From: a virus
Lineage: Duplodnaviria > Caudoviricetes
DNA length: 48,633 bases
IMG/VR virus record: IMGVR_UViG_3300037295_000153
Coordinates: 1-48,633 of that record
Reading direction: 5' to 3' (one strand)
Positions 38,282-46,516 of the stretch are shown piece by piece. The notes under the pieces were generated by a model. It saw nothing but the letters and a program-made list of their open reading frames with translations. It searched no databases and had not been told where the DNA came from. The position numbers and the translations under genes were made by a program. The first letter of the stretch is position 1. Every line of letters starts with the position of its first letter.

Positions 38282-38884
38282 ATGAAGGTGTGCAAGATAT
38301 GCGGAATAGAGAAAGACGTTGATGACTTTAAAAAATGTAACTCAAAGTCGGGGCGGGGAGCCGAATGCAAGTCCTGCAATGCGGAAAGGTCTAGAAATTA
38401 CTACGCAAAAAACAAAGAGAGTAGAAATAAATACAGCCACAATTACCACATTGCAAATAGGGTAGAGCAAAAGCAAAAGCAAAAAAAATATCGTCAAATA
38501 AACAAAGATAAAAAGCAAAAGTATAGATTAGAGTACAGGGCTGTTGAAGAAAATAAGAACAAAATAAATGAAGCCCAGAAAAAGTATTATCACGACAATA
38601 AACAAAAGTCTTTTGAGGCAAACCAAAGGCGTAAGGCAAGAGAGATGTCAGCAGAAACATTTTTCATAACTAAAAAAGAGATTGCAAAGATATACAGAGA
38701 CAGTTGCTTCGCCTGCGGATCAAACGAAAATCAATCAATGGATCACCGAATTCCACTTTCTCGCGGAGGTGTTCACGGAATAGGAAACCTCCTAACACTA
38801 TGTAAGAGCTGTAATTCAAGCAAAGGCGCAAGAACCCTATCAGAATGGAAATATAGTGAACTTTATTCCGCTACACGTACATGA
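38282..38884 (+). CDS. free-standing HNH (homing) endonuclease
   Basis: N-terminal CKIC..CKSC, basic helix, CFAC..DHRIPLSRGG.H..GNL..LCKSCNSSK. Confidence 0.92.
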   Translation: MKVCKICGIEKDVDDFKKCNSKSGRGAECKSCNAERSRNYYAKNKESRNKYSHNYHIANRVEQKQKQKKYRQINKDKKQKYRLEYRAVEENKNKINEAQKKYYHDNKQKSFEANQRRKAREMSAETFFITKKEIAKIYRDSCFACGSNENQSMDHRIPLSRGGVHGIGNLLTLCKSCNSSKGARTLSEWKYSELYSATRT

Positions 38885-41800
38885 TCATTTCTCATTAATG
38901 GATGGGACTGCAAGACCAGAGGACTATGCAGACAGATGTGTAGATCTTGGATTGTCTGCGATTGCCCAAACAAACCATGGAACGCTGTCGGGGCATAGAG
39001 ATTTTCACCGAACAATGACTGCTCGTGGGATCAAGCCAATCCTTGGAATTGAGGGATATATAACCCAAGACCGCTTCGATCAACGAGATAAAAAAGAAAG
39101 AACTGATCCCCTCGACCTTGTATACAATCACATAATAATTCTTGCTAAAAATGATAAGGGTCTTGAAAATTTAAATCGTATGAATGAGATTGCCTGGAAT
39201 GAAGGATTTTACCGTAAGCCACGAATTGACTTTGAGATTTTGGAAAAATACAAGGAGGGCTTGATTGTAAGCTCTTCCTGTATCCAGGGCTTGATTGCGA
39301 AGGCGATTGAGGAAGACAATTATGCTGTTGCAAAAAGACATCTTCAGTGGTTCCAAGATAGATTTGGAGAAGACTTTTACATAGAGATTATGAATCACAA
39401 CAAGCCTGAAATAAACAAAGCACTCATTGACCTTGCAGAAGCATTTGGAAACAAGGTTATAGTGACACCAGATTGCCACCACGCAACGGTAGATCAAAAG
39501 GTAATTCAAGAAATCATGCTCATCACGGCCACCCACGCCAAGTTTGAGAAAGGGGTATCGCACAAAGAATCGCTAAAGCACTCCGACATGATGGATAGAC
39601 TTGACTACTTATATGGAAAAGATCGCCAGATGTCGTTTAACAAGTTTGACATTCATCTGCTTTCTGGTGATGAAATGCGTGAGGCAATGAGCAAGCAGGG
39701 CATCGACGTTGAGGAATACTTCAAGAATACTTTTGAGGTTGCAGACAAGGTTGAGGAATATACCATCCATCGCAATCTCAATCTTCTTCCTGTTGAGCAC
39801 AAGAACCCTGATGCACAGATCAAAAAATACGCAGAAGCCTTCCTAAAGGAAAGGGGTTTGGATACGAATCAAGAATATGTTGATCGTCTCAAGGAAGAGC
39901 TGGATGTTGTTCGAGATAAGAAGTTTGCATCATACTTTCTCGTTGTTCAAAATATGCTCAATTGGGCAAAGAAGAATGACATCATGGTGGGACCAGGCCG
40001 TGGTTCATCGGCAGGGTCTCTGCTGTGCTTCGCACTAGGAATCACAGAGATTGATCCAATAAAGCATGGATTGCTATTTTTTAGATTTATCGATGATGCC
40101 CGTTCAGATCTACCCGACATTGACAGCGACATCATGGACACTCGTCGTGAAGAGGTTAAGATCTACCTTGAGGACCAATACAAGCACGTTGCATCGATTG
40201 CAACCTTTCTACAGTTTAAGGATAAAGGGGTTGTTAGAGACGTTGCTCGTTGCTTTAACGTACCATTGGCTGATGTTAACAGAGCCCTCAAGACAGTTGA
40301 TACTTGGGAGGAATTTGTATTCTCAAAGAACACCTTGTGGTTCCGTGATAAATATCCAGAGGTAGAGGTGTACGCTGGACAACTCCGTGGAAGAATTCGA
40401 GGTACGGGAGTTCACGCAGCAGGGGTTGTAACCTCAAAGATTCCGATTAGTCGCGTCGCTCCAATGGAAACTCGCAGCGTTGCTGGTAGCGATAAAAGGA
40501 TTCCGGTTGTGGCAGTCGACATGGAAGAGGCAGCAGACATCGGTCTGATTAAGATCGATGTCCTTGGACTTAAAACCCTGACCGTTATCCATGACACGCT
40601 GAACATCGTCAAGGATCTAACAGGTAAGAAGCTAGACCTCCATAAGGTGGACATGGAAGATAAGAACATCTACGACATGCTTTCTGACGGACACACGAAG
40701 GGGGTGTTTCAGTGCGAGGCAACGCCATACACTAACCTTCTTGTTAAGATGGGGGTAAGTAAGTTTAACGAGCTCGTTGCCTCTAACGCTCTTGTAAGGC
40801 CAGGAGCCATGAATACAATCGGCAAGGACTACATTGCTCGTAAACATGGAAAACAGGGAATAACATATGCAAGTCCATTGATGAAAGATTTTACTGAGGA
40901 TACTTACGGTACAATTCTTTATCAGGAGCAAGTTATGCTTGCTTGCACCAACCTTGGCGGTATGAGTATGGGAGAGGCCAACAAGGTGAGAAAGATTATT
41001 GGAAAGAAGGGAGATGCCCAGGATTTTGACGAATTCAAAGAGCTTTTTGTTCGGAATGCGACTGGGCCACTTGGCGGGAAAGCTGCTGAAAAGATGTGGC
41101 ATGACTTTGAAGCCCACGCAGGATACTCATTCAACAAGTCTCATGCGGTTGCTTATTCAACAGTTTCGTACTGGACGGCATGGCTAAAGTACTACTTCCC
41201 TCTAGAGTTTATGTTTGCCCTTCTTAAGAATGAAAAGGATAAAGATGCTAGAACAGAGTATTTGATTGAGGCAAAAAGAATGGGAATTCCCATGAGGCTT
41301 CCACATGTCAATGACTCTGGAATAGATTTTCAGATTGAGGGAAAGGGTATTAGGTTTGGCCTATCAAGCATCAAATACATATCAGACAAGATAGCTTCTA
41401 GGTATATTGAGGCTAGGCCATTCTCGTCATACAAGGAGATAGAGGAGTTTACTTTTACCAAGGGGAATGGAGTCAATAGCCGTGCTCTCGCCTCTATGAG
41501 CACCGTAGGAGCCTTAACGTTCCCAGACCACCCAAGAGATGAAGAAAAAATTAAGGAGAGCATGTACGAATACCTTAATCTTCCGGAATTCAATATTCAG
41601 GTACCACAACACTACCATGCATACATAAGCCCAGTAGATGATTTTGAGGAAAAAGGGGCATACATCTTAATGGGAGTCGTCAGAAGCATTAAAAGAGGAA
41701 GTGGATGGAGCAGGGTAGATATCCTTGACTCCACGGGATCGATAGGAGTGTTTGATGAAGAAGAGACAACAATCGAAGCAGGTCGTACTTATATTATTCT

Positions 41801-42131
41801 TGTTGGATCTAACAGGATTCTTGAGGCGATTCCTGTGGAAGAGATACGAGAAAGCAAATCAGCGTTGGTACGGTTCCTAAACTACAAGCAGTTGCCGTAT
41901 GGACAGGAGGAGTATTTTGTGTTATCCTTTAAGCCAAGAATAACAAAAGCCGGAAAGAGAATGGCTTCGCTTATTCTTGTTGACAGCGATAGGAACCTCC
42001 TCTCGCTTATAGTTTTCCCTTCAAACTTTGCAATGGCGTTCACAAGACTAGAGCAAGGAAAGGCATATAACATTAACTATTCAATTTCAAAAGATGAAGA
42101 TCTAGTATTTCAGGAGGTAGTGGTAGCGTGA
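38856..42131 (+). CDS. dnaE: DNA polymerase III alpha subunit (family C)
   Basis: PHP LHVHDHFSLMDG; GPGRGSSAGS; PDIDSD; HAAGVV; KIDVLGL; YSFNKSHA; IRFGLSSIK. Confidence 0.96.
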   Translation: MNFIPLHVHDHFSLMDGTARPEDYADRCVDLGLSAIAQTNHGTLSGHRDFHRTMTARGIKPILGIEGYITQDRFDQRDKKERTDPLDLVYNHIIILAKNDKGLENLNRMNEIAWNEGFYRKPRIDFEILEKYKEGLIVSSSCIQGLIAKAIEEDNYAVAKRHLQWFQDRFGEDFYIEIMNHNKPEINKALIDLAEAFGNKVIVTPDCHHATVDQKVIQEIMLITATHAKFEKGVSHKESLKHSDMMDRLDYLYGKDRQMSFNKFDIHLLSGDEMREAMSKQGIDVEEYFKNTFEVADKVEEYTIHRNLNLLPVEHKNPDAQIKKYAEAFLKERGLDTNQEYVDRLKEELDVVRDKKFASYFLVVQNMLNWAKKNDIMVGPGRGSSAGSLLCFALGITEIDPIKHGLLFFRFIDDARSDLPDIDSDIMDTRREEVKIYLEDQYKHVASIATFLQFKDKGVVRDVARCFNVPLADVNRALKTVDTWEEFVFSKNTLWFRDKYPEVEVYAGQLRGRIRGTGVHAAGVVTSKIPISRVAPMETRSVAGSDKRIPVVAVDMEEAADIGLIKIDVLGLKTLTVIHDTLNIVKDLTGKKLDLHKVDMEDKNIYDMLSDGHTKGVFQCEATPYTNLLVKMGVSKFNELVASNALVRPGAMNTIGKDYIARKHGKQGITYASPLMKDFTEDTYGTILYQEQVMLACTNLGGMSMGEANKVRKIIGKKGDAQDFDEFKELFVRNATGPLGGKAAEKMWHDFEAHAGYSFNKSHAVAYSTVSYWTAWLKYYFPLEFMFALLKNEKDKDARTEYLIEAKRMGIPMRLPHVNDSGIDFQIEGKGIRFGLSSIKYISDKIASRYIEARPFSSYKEIEEFTFTKGNGVNSRALASMSTVGALTFPDHPRDEEKIKESMYEYLNLPEFNIQVPQHYHAYISPVDDFEEKGAYILMGVVRSIKRGSGWSRVDILDSTGSIGVFDEEETTIEAGRTYIILVGSNRILEAIPVEEIRESKSALVRFLNYKQLPYGQEEYFVLSFKPRITKAGKRMASLILVDSDRNLLSLIVFPSNFAMAFTRLEQGKAYNINYSISKDEDLVFQEVVVA

Positions 42132-42460
42132 CGACATTAGACAGCATGTCAAAGATGATTCATCAAAATGCAGTAGCAAAAGGGTTTTGGGAACCGAATA
42201 CGGAGGGCAATCATACAATATTTTACCTTAAGCAGATTGCAATGATTCACTCTGAATGCTCTGAGGTTTTGGAGGCAATTAGGAAGGAGAAGGGAGATGA
42301 GGAGGTTGTGGGAGAAATAGCGGATATAATCATCAGATCCCTTGACCTCTTTGGCGGATTAGTTCGTGATGGATACACAGAGCTTTCTTTGGACGAAGTG
42401 ATGGCAGAAAAGAATGTTTTTAACTTGACACGCCCAGTAATGCACGGGGTGCTAGCATGA
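42128..42460 (+). CDS. MazG-like NTP pyrophosphohydrolase
   Basis: IHSECSEVLEAIRK...GEIADIIIR EXXE/EXXD pattern. Confidence 0.82.
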   Translation: MTTLDSMSKMIHQNAVAKGFWEPNTEGNHTIFYLKQIAMIHSECSEVLEAIRKEKGDEEVVGEIADIIIRSLDLFGGLVRDGYTELSLDEVMAEKNVFNLTRPVMHGVLA

Positions 42461-43473
42461 CATCAGTAGAAGAGGTGCTCGCGGGACTAAACCCAAAGCT
42501 GAGAAAGAAGATAACCCTTGGCAACGAGATAGCAGACACTCAGTTTGCAAAGACACCATCTTTTGGACTAAATAGAAGTCTGAACGGAGGATTTCCCTAT
42601 GGAAGGCAGGTACTTGTCTGGGGGAACAAGTCAAGCGGCAAGTCATCATTCTGCCTACAGATAATTGCCCAAGCTCAAAAAGAAGGAAAAATATGTGCGT
42701 GGATAGATGCAGAAATGAGCTTTTCTCCATACTGGGCAACCCAGTTGGGGGTAGACACGGAAAACCTTATCGTCTCTACAGCCAGAACAATGAACGATAT
42801 GGTAGATGTAGGTACGGACTTGATGAAGGCTGGAGTAGATCTTATAGTTGTGGATAGTATCTCTGCCCTGCTACCTGCAATCTACTTTGAAAAAGATTCA
42901 ACAGAGCTGAAGCAGCTAGAAAACACTAAGCAGATCGGTGCTGAAGCAAGAGACATGACCAATGCCGTCAAGATGTTAAACTATGCTAACAATCAGGAAA
43001 AGCCTACTCTGCTTGTCCTTATTAGCCAAGCAAGAAATAATATCGGAGCAATGTATGTGTCTCAGCAACCCACGGGAGGTCTGGCCACAAAGTTCTACTC
43101 ATCAACAATCATAAAGCTGTTTTCATCTGAATCAGATAACCAAGCAATCAAGGGGAAGATTTACGTTGGAGACAAGATTATTGAGGAGAAGGTGGGCAGG
43201 AAGGTGAGGTGGGACGTTCAATTCTCAAAGACAAGCCCAGCCTTTCAGACCGGAGAGTACGACTTCTACTTTAGGGGTCAGGATGTTGGGGTTGACACCG
43301 TAGCAGACCTAGTTGACACAGCAGAGATGTTGGGGTATGTTGAACGCGCAGGCGCTTGGTACACAGTAGAAGGAGAAAGATTCCAGGGAAGAGAAAGGCT
43401 AATCCTTGGAGTAAAAGAAAATCTGGACATACAGGAAACACTCATAAGGAAGATAAACAATGAACAAGTTTAG
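42457..43473 (+). CDS. recA: RecA-like recombinase
   Basis: GNKSSGKSS, WIDAE, IVVDSISAL, ISQAR, GGLATKFYSS, GAWY, QGRE. Confidence 0.93.
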   Translation: MTSVEEVLAGLNPKLRKKITLGNEIADTQFAKTPSFGLNRSLNGGFPYGRQVLVWGNKSSGKSSFCLQIIAQAQKEGKICAWIDAEMSFSPYWATQLGVDTENLIVSTARTMNDMVDVGTDLMKAGVDLIVVDSISALLPAIYFEKDSTELKQLENTKQIGAEARDMTNAVKMLNYANNQEKPTLLVLISQARNNIGAMYVSQQPTGGLATKFYSSTIIKLFSSESDNQAIKGKIYVGDKIIEEKVGRKVRWDVQFSKTSPAFQTGEYDFYFRGQDVGVDTVADLVDTAEMLGYVERAGAWYTVEGERFQGRERLILGVKENLDIQETLIRKINNEQV

Positions 43474-43624
43474 CGTATATTCAGGTATCTTTGTTTGCCA
43501 AAGATGTGGCCTAGAGGTAGACAGCCTTAGGCTATGGCATGAAACATTAGATCTGACATGGTTCTGTGAATCAAAACACACATCAAGAGTTTCCCTAGTA
43601 TCCAAGGGTTACAGTGGTAAGTAA
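43460..43624 (+). CDS. 54-aa zinc-finger-like protein missing from ORF track
   Basis: MNKFSVYSGIFVCQRCGLEV...WFCESKH...GYSGK; fills the gap and overlaps both neighbours. Confidence 0.75.
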   Translation: MNKFSVYSGIFVCQRCGLEVDSLRLWHETLDLTWFCESKHTSRVSLVSKGYSGK

Positions 43625-43934
43625 TAACAAGAGAGAGCAGTCAGAGGCAAAACGAATGGGGGCAACCCCACACCCAAACTCCGGTCGTGGGACAAAAAAG
43701 GGTGACGCAAGCTGGAAAAACTATGTTCTTGACTATAAACACTTTACTAAAAGCTTTTCTATATCTCAAAGTGTATGGGCAAAGGTTGTTACGGATACGT
43801 TAAAGGTAGATAGAAAGAAGTCTCCTGCAATATGTCTTATCCTTGATGGAAAGACCAGGCTGGCCATTATTGAATGGTCTGAGTTTGAAAGGTTGGTAGA
43901 GTCAGATGAACCAGACAACAATTGCAATGGTTGA
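43614..43934 (+). CDS. PD-(D/E)XK Holliday-junction-resolvase-like nuclease
   Basis: E...NSG....KGD.......DYK pattern. Confidence 0.65.
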   Translation: MVSNNKREQSEAKRMGATPHPNSGRGTKKGDASWKNYVLDYKHFTKSFSISQSVWAKVVTDTLKVDRKKSPAICLILDGKTRLAIIEWSEFERLVESDEPDNNCNG

Positions 43935-44205
43935 TGGCCTGTATGAAATAGCAGAGTACATGGAAGACAAGGAACTGTCTCAGGCTCTAGAGTTTATAGC
44001 CAAGATAATCCTCAAGCCCGATATCCCACCCCATGTGGCTACTCTGGAAATTGTTAGACTACAGGCAATTGCTGCAAAGATGCAGATGCGAGCTACATGG
44101 ATGGCAAATGTTGATAAATCAGATCGTCCAAGAAAAAACATTTATTTCACAACAGCAGCAGAGCTAGATAAGATTGTGGCAGCACTAAAATTCATATTAA
44201 AGTGA
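43906..44205 (+). CDS. hypothetical helical protein
   Basis: ORF in operon, overlaps upstream gene. Confidence 0.7.
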   Translation: MNQTTIAMVDGLYEIAEYMEDKELSQALEFIAKIILKPDIPPHVATLEIVRLQAIAAKMQMRATWMANVDKSDRPRKNIYFTTAAELDKIVAALKFILK

Positions 44206-44238
44206 TATAATTATTACCTAAAAAGATAGGAAAACAAA

Positions 44239-45009
44239 ATGGCTAAGAACTTCTTAAAGCAAGTAATCGACAAGCAACCAGCAAACGCAATAAACACAAG
44301 GGATTTTATTGAAAGCGTGGAGTCTGGATACACGGTAAACAGGAAAACTGAATTCAAGACTAAGAAATCATTTAGCCCATCAACCCTAGTATACGGAAGT
44401 GGGGCTTGCCCCAGATACTGGTTCTTGGCATTTTCAGGAGCAGACTTTCAGGATGATGTGGATGCATACTCCTCAGCAAACATGAGAAGCGGTATTGACG
44501 GACATGAGAGAATTCAGACAGCCATGGGTAACGTCGAAGGTCTTTTAGTAGAAAAAGAAAAAAGAGTTGTCGCTCAAGACCCACCCATATTCGGTTTTGC
44601 TGACGGCGTAGTTCAGTGGGGAGAAGAGCAATTGATCCTAGAAATAAAGACAATGAGAGAAGAGTCTTTTGCTTATCGGAAGTTTGCCAAGCCACCAAAC
44701 TATCACCTCATGCAGCTACTGATTTACATGAAGGTGCTTGGCAGGAAGATGGGGATTCTTCTTTACGAAAACAAGAACTCTCATGAACTCCACGCAATTA
44801 CCGTTGAGTCAAAAGAGGAGTATGACAACTGGATTGACTACGCCTTTGGGTGGATGAGAAAGGTTCGTGCTCAATGGGAAACTGGAGAAATTTCAAAGAA
44901 GACGTATAGATCTAATTCCAAGGTATGCAAGGGGTGTCCCGTAAGAGATGCTTGTGCCGCTGCCCCTGTAGGAACCCTCAAGATCGAACCACTGGAGTAT
45001 CTTGCATGA
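44239..45009 (+). CDS. Cas4-like PD-(D/E)XK exonuclease
   Basis: CPR, G..GH, GFADG, LEIKT, QLLIY, CKGCP....C; TGATATAAT at 44203. Confidence 0.85.
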   Translation: MAKNFLKQVIDKQPANAINTRDFIESVESGYTVNRKTEFKTKKSFSPSTLVYGSGACPRYWFLAFSGADFQDDVDAYSSANMRSGIDGHERIQTAMGNVEGLLVEKEKRVVAQDPPIFGFADGVVQWGEEQLILEIKTMREESFAYRKFAKPPNYHLMQLLIYMKVLGRKMGILLYENKNSHELHAITVESKEEYDNWIDYAFGWMRKVRAQWETGEISKKTYRSNSKVCKGCPVRDACAAAPVGTLKIEPLEYLA

Positions 45010-45296
45010 AAAGTTGCGACTGGTGTTCTACTGAATTCCAGCCAAAAGTAAGCTATCAAATTTACTGCACTGTAGAGTGCAGGGAGCTTGCAACTAGAAA
45101 AAAGATATACGACAGGTATAGGAGTAATGGGGCAAAGAAAAGATCTAAAAAGAGAATCAAGTGTGCGGGAGAATGCGGAACCGTGATGTCCATGTACAAC
45201 GAAAGTTTGTTTTGCAGCGTATGCAACGTAAACAAAAAGAAGGTTGACAAAATGATAGAAGATCTTAAGGGGCTTTTCGATTATGAAAAAGAGTAA
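45006..45296 (+). CDS. Cys-rich zinc-binding protein
   Basis: CDWC, YCTVEC, CAGEC, CSVC; ATGA overlap at 45006. Confidence 0.75.
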   Translation: MKSCDWCSTEFQPKVSYQIYCTVECRELATRKKIYDRYRSNGAKKRSKKRIKCAGECGTVMSMYNESLFCSVCNVNKKKVDKMIEDLKGLFDYEKE

Positions 45297-45852
45297 CGCT
45301 CCAGTTTCCTTTTGTTCTGTTGATGCTAGCACAATGAGCATAGCCTTTGCTTTTTTTGTTGAGTCAAACCTACACAGTTATGGAAAGGTAATGTTTTCTG
45401 GTTCTGGAATATATGAAAAAATTGCAGACACGGCCAAAAAAACACAGTCAATATTTAAGGCCATGCCCACAGAGTGTATGGTGATTGAGAAGACTATCTT
45501 TGCAAACAGTCCTATGGTTGCAGCAAACCTGGCCCTAAGTCAGGGGGCTCTGATTGCAGGTGCTACCATGTCCGGGGTAAAAGAGGTTCACTCCGTAGCA
45601 CCGATATCATGGCAATCTTACATAGGGAACCCTTTGATAAAAAAGGAAGAAAAAGAAAAAATAAAAAGCATCAATCCAGGAATGTCTGCTGCGTGGTATA
45701 AAGCAAAAGAAAGAAGCATTAGAAAAGAAAGAACTATAGACATAGTTAGCTTTAAGTATAATGTAAACATAACGGACAATGATGTGGCAGATGCTGTGGG
45801 CATTGGGATGTTTGCTATTGACAATTGGGGGAAGATAACACAGAATGGATAA
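45283..45852 (+). CDS. RuvC-like Holliday junction resolvase
   Basis: SVDAS, VIEK, PISWQ, DNDVADAVGI. Confidence 0.82.
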   Translation: MKKSNAPVSFCSVDASTMSIAFAFFVESNLHSYGKVMFSGSGIYEKIADTAKKTQSIFKAMPTECMVIEKTIFANSPMVAANLALSQGALIAGATMSGVKEVHSVAPISWQSYIGNPLIKKEEKEKIKSINPGMSAAWYKAKERSIRKERTIDIVSFKYNVNITDNDVADAVGIGMFAIDNWGKITQNG

Positions 45853-46147
45853 AATAAAAGTGATTAATGTGCAATGGCTTTCAGCACTAAAGACAATGAA
45901 TAATCGTGAGTATTGGAATATCCCAAACACTGTAGAGTTTTTTGCCTTTATGACAAAGGCAGTAATTATTGTTCCAGGACTTGTGTTTGGTATACAGGTC
46001 TGGTGGGTCTATGTTATTGCTCTGGGGACCAGCCTCTCCCTTGTCTGGTCTTCAACAGTCAAGACCCTTCCCACCATCATTTGGTTTAACCTCATCTGGT
46101 CAGGTCTAGCTCTGGTAGTAATTATCAAACATTTTGTTGGAGGGTAG
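45845..46147 (+). CDS. small multi-pass membrane protein
   Basis: About three hydrophobic segments. Confidence 0.7.
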   Translation: MDKIKVINVQWLSALKTMNNREYWNIPNTVEFFAFMTKAVIIVPGLVFGIQVWWVYVIALGTSLSLVWSSTVKTLPTIIWFNLIWSGLALVVIIKHFVGG

Positions 46148-46148
46148 C

Positions 46149-46301
46149 ATGATGGAAAATAACAAGTTGCATCTGTCAGAAGCATTTATGAAGAAGAGGT
46201 ATGTTATGGATAAAAAGTCCCCGGATGATATTGCCAAGGAGTGTGGCGTTAGTGTACAATTGATCTACCGTCAACTAAAAAGGTTTGGTTTGAAGAGATG
46301 A
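46149..46301 (+). CDS. 50-aa helix-turn-helix protein missing from ORF track
   Basis: MMENNKLHLSEAFMKKRYVMDKKSPDDIAKECGVSVQLIYRQLKRFGLKR; ATGA overlap with next gene. Confidence 0.8.
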   Translation: MMENNKLHLSEAFMKKRYVMDKKSPDDIAKECGVSVQLIYRQLKRFGLKR

Positions 46302-46516
46302 TAAACGACTTAGTGAATCATCCGCCTCACTACTTAAGCGATCCTAGCGGTGTGGAGTGTATTCAAATTACCAGACATCGTAATTTTAACATTGGCAACG
46401 CCATTAAGTACTTGTGGCGAGCCGGGATAAAAGATGAGGACAAACATGTTGAAGATCTAAAAAAAGCAATTTTTTACATTACAGATGAAATCAATAGGTT
46501 AGAGGAGATCAAGTGA
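46298..46516 (+). CDS. DUF3310 family protein (T7 gp1.7 nucleotide-kinase-like)
   Basis: VNHPPHY..ECI...GNAIKYLWRAG.K...EDLKKA.FY. Confidence 0.85.
   Translation: MINDLVNHPPHYLSDPSGVECIQITRHRNFNIGNAIKYLWRAGIKDEDKHVEDLKKAIFYITDEINRLEEIK

Noticed and set aside
38124-38884. Group I intron, retron or IscB/omega-RNA system
   Set aside because: Flanking genes are complete, no reverse transcriptase is present and the HNH has no RuvC motifs
1725-42131. Inteins in NrdJ, DnaB or DnaE; stop-codon reassignment
   Set aside because: Normal lengths, contiguous motifs, no intein termini seen; TAA, TAG and TGA all end genes
44239-45009. Cas4-like gene as sign of a CRISPR-Cas system
   Set aside because: No repeat-spacer array or other cas genes; solo Cas4-like nucleases are common in phages
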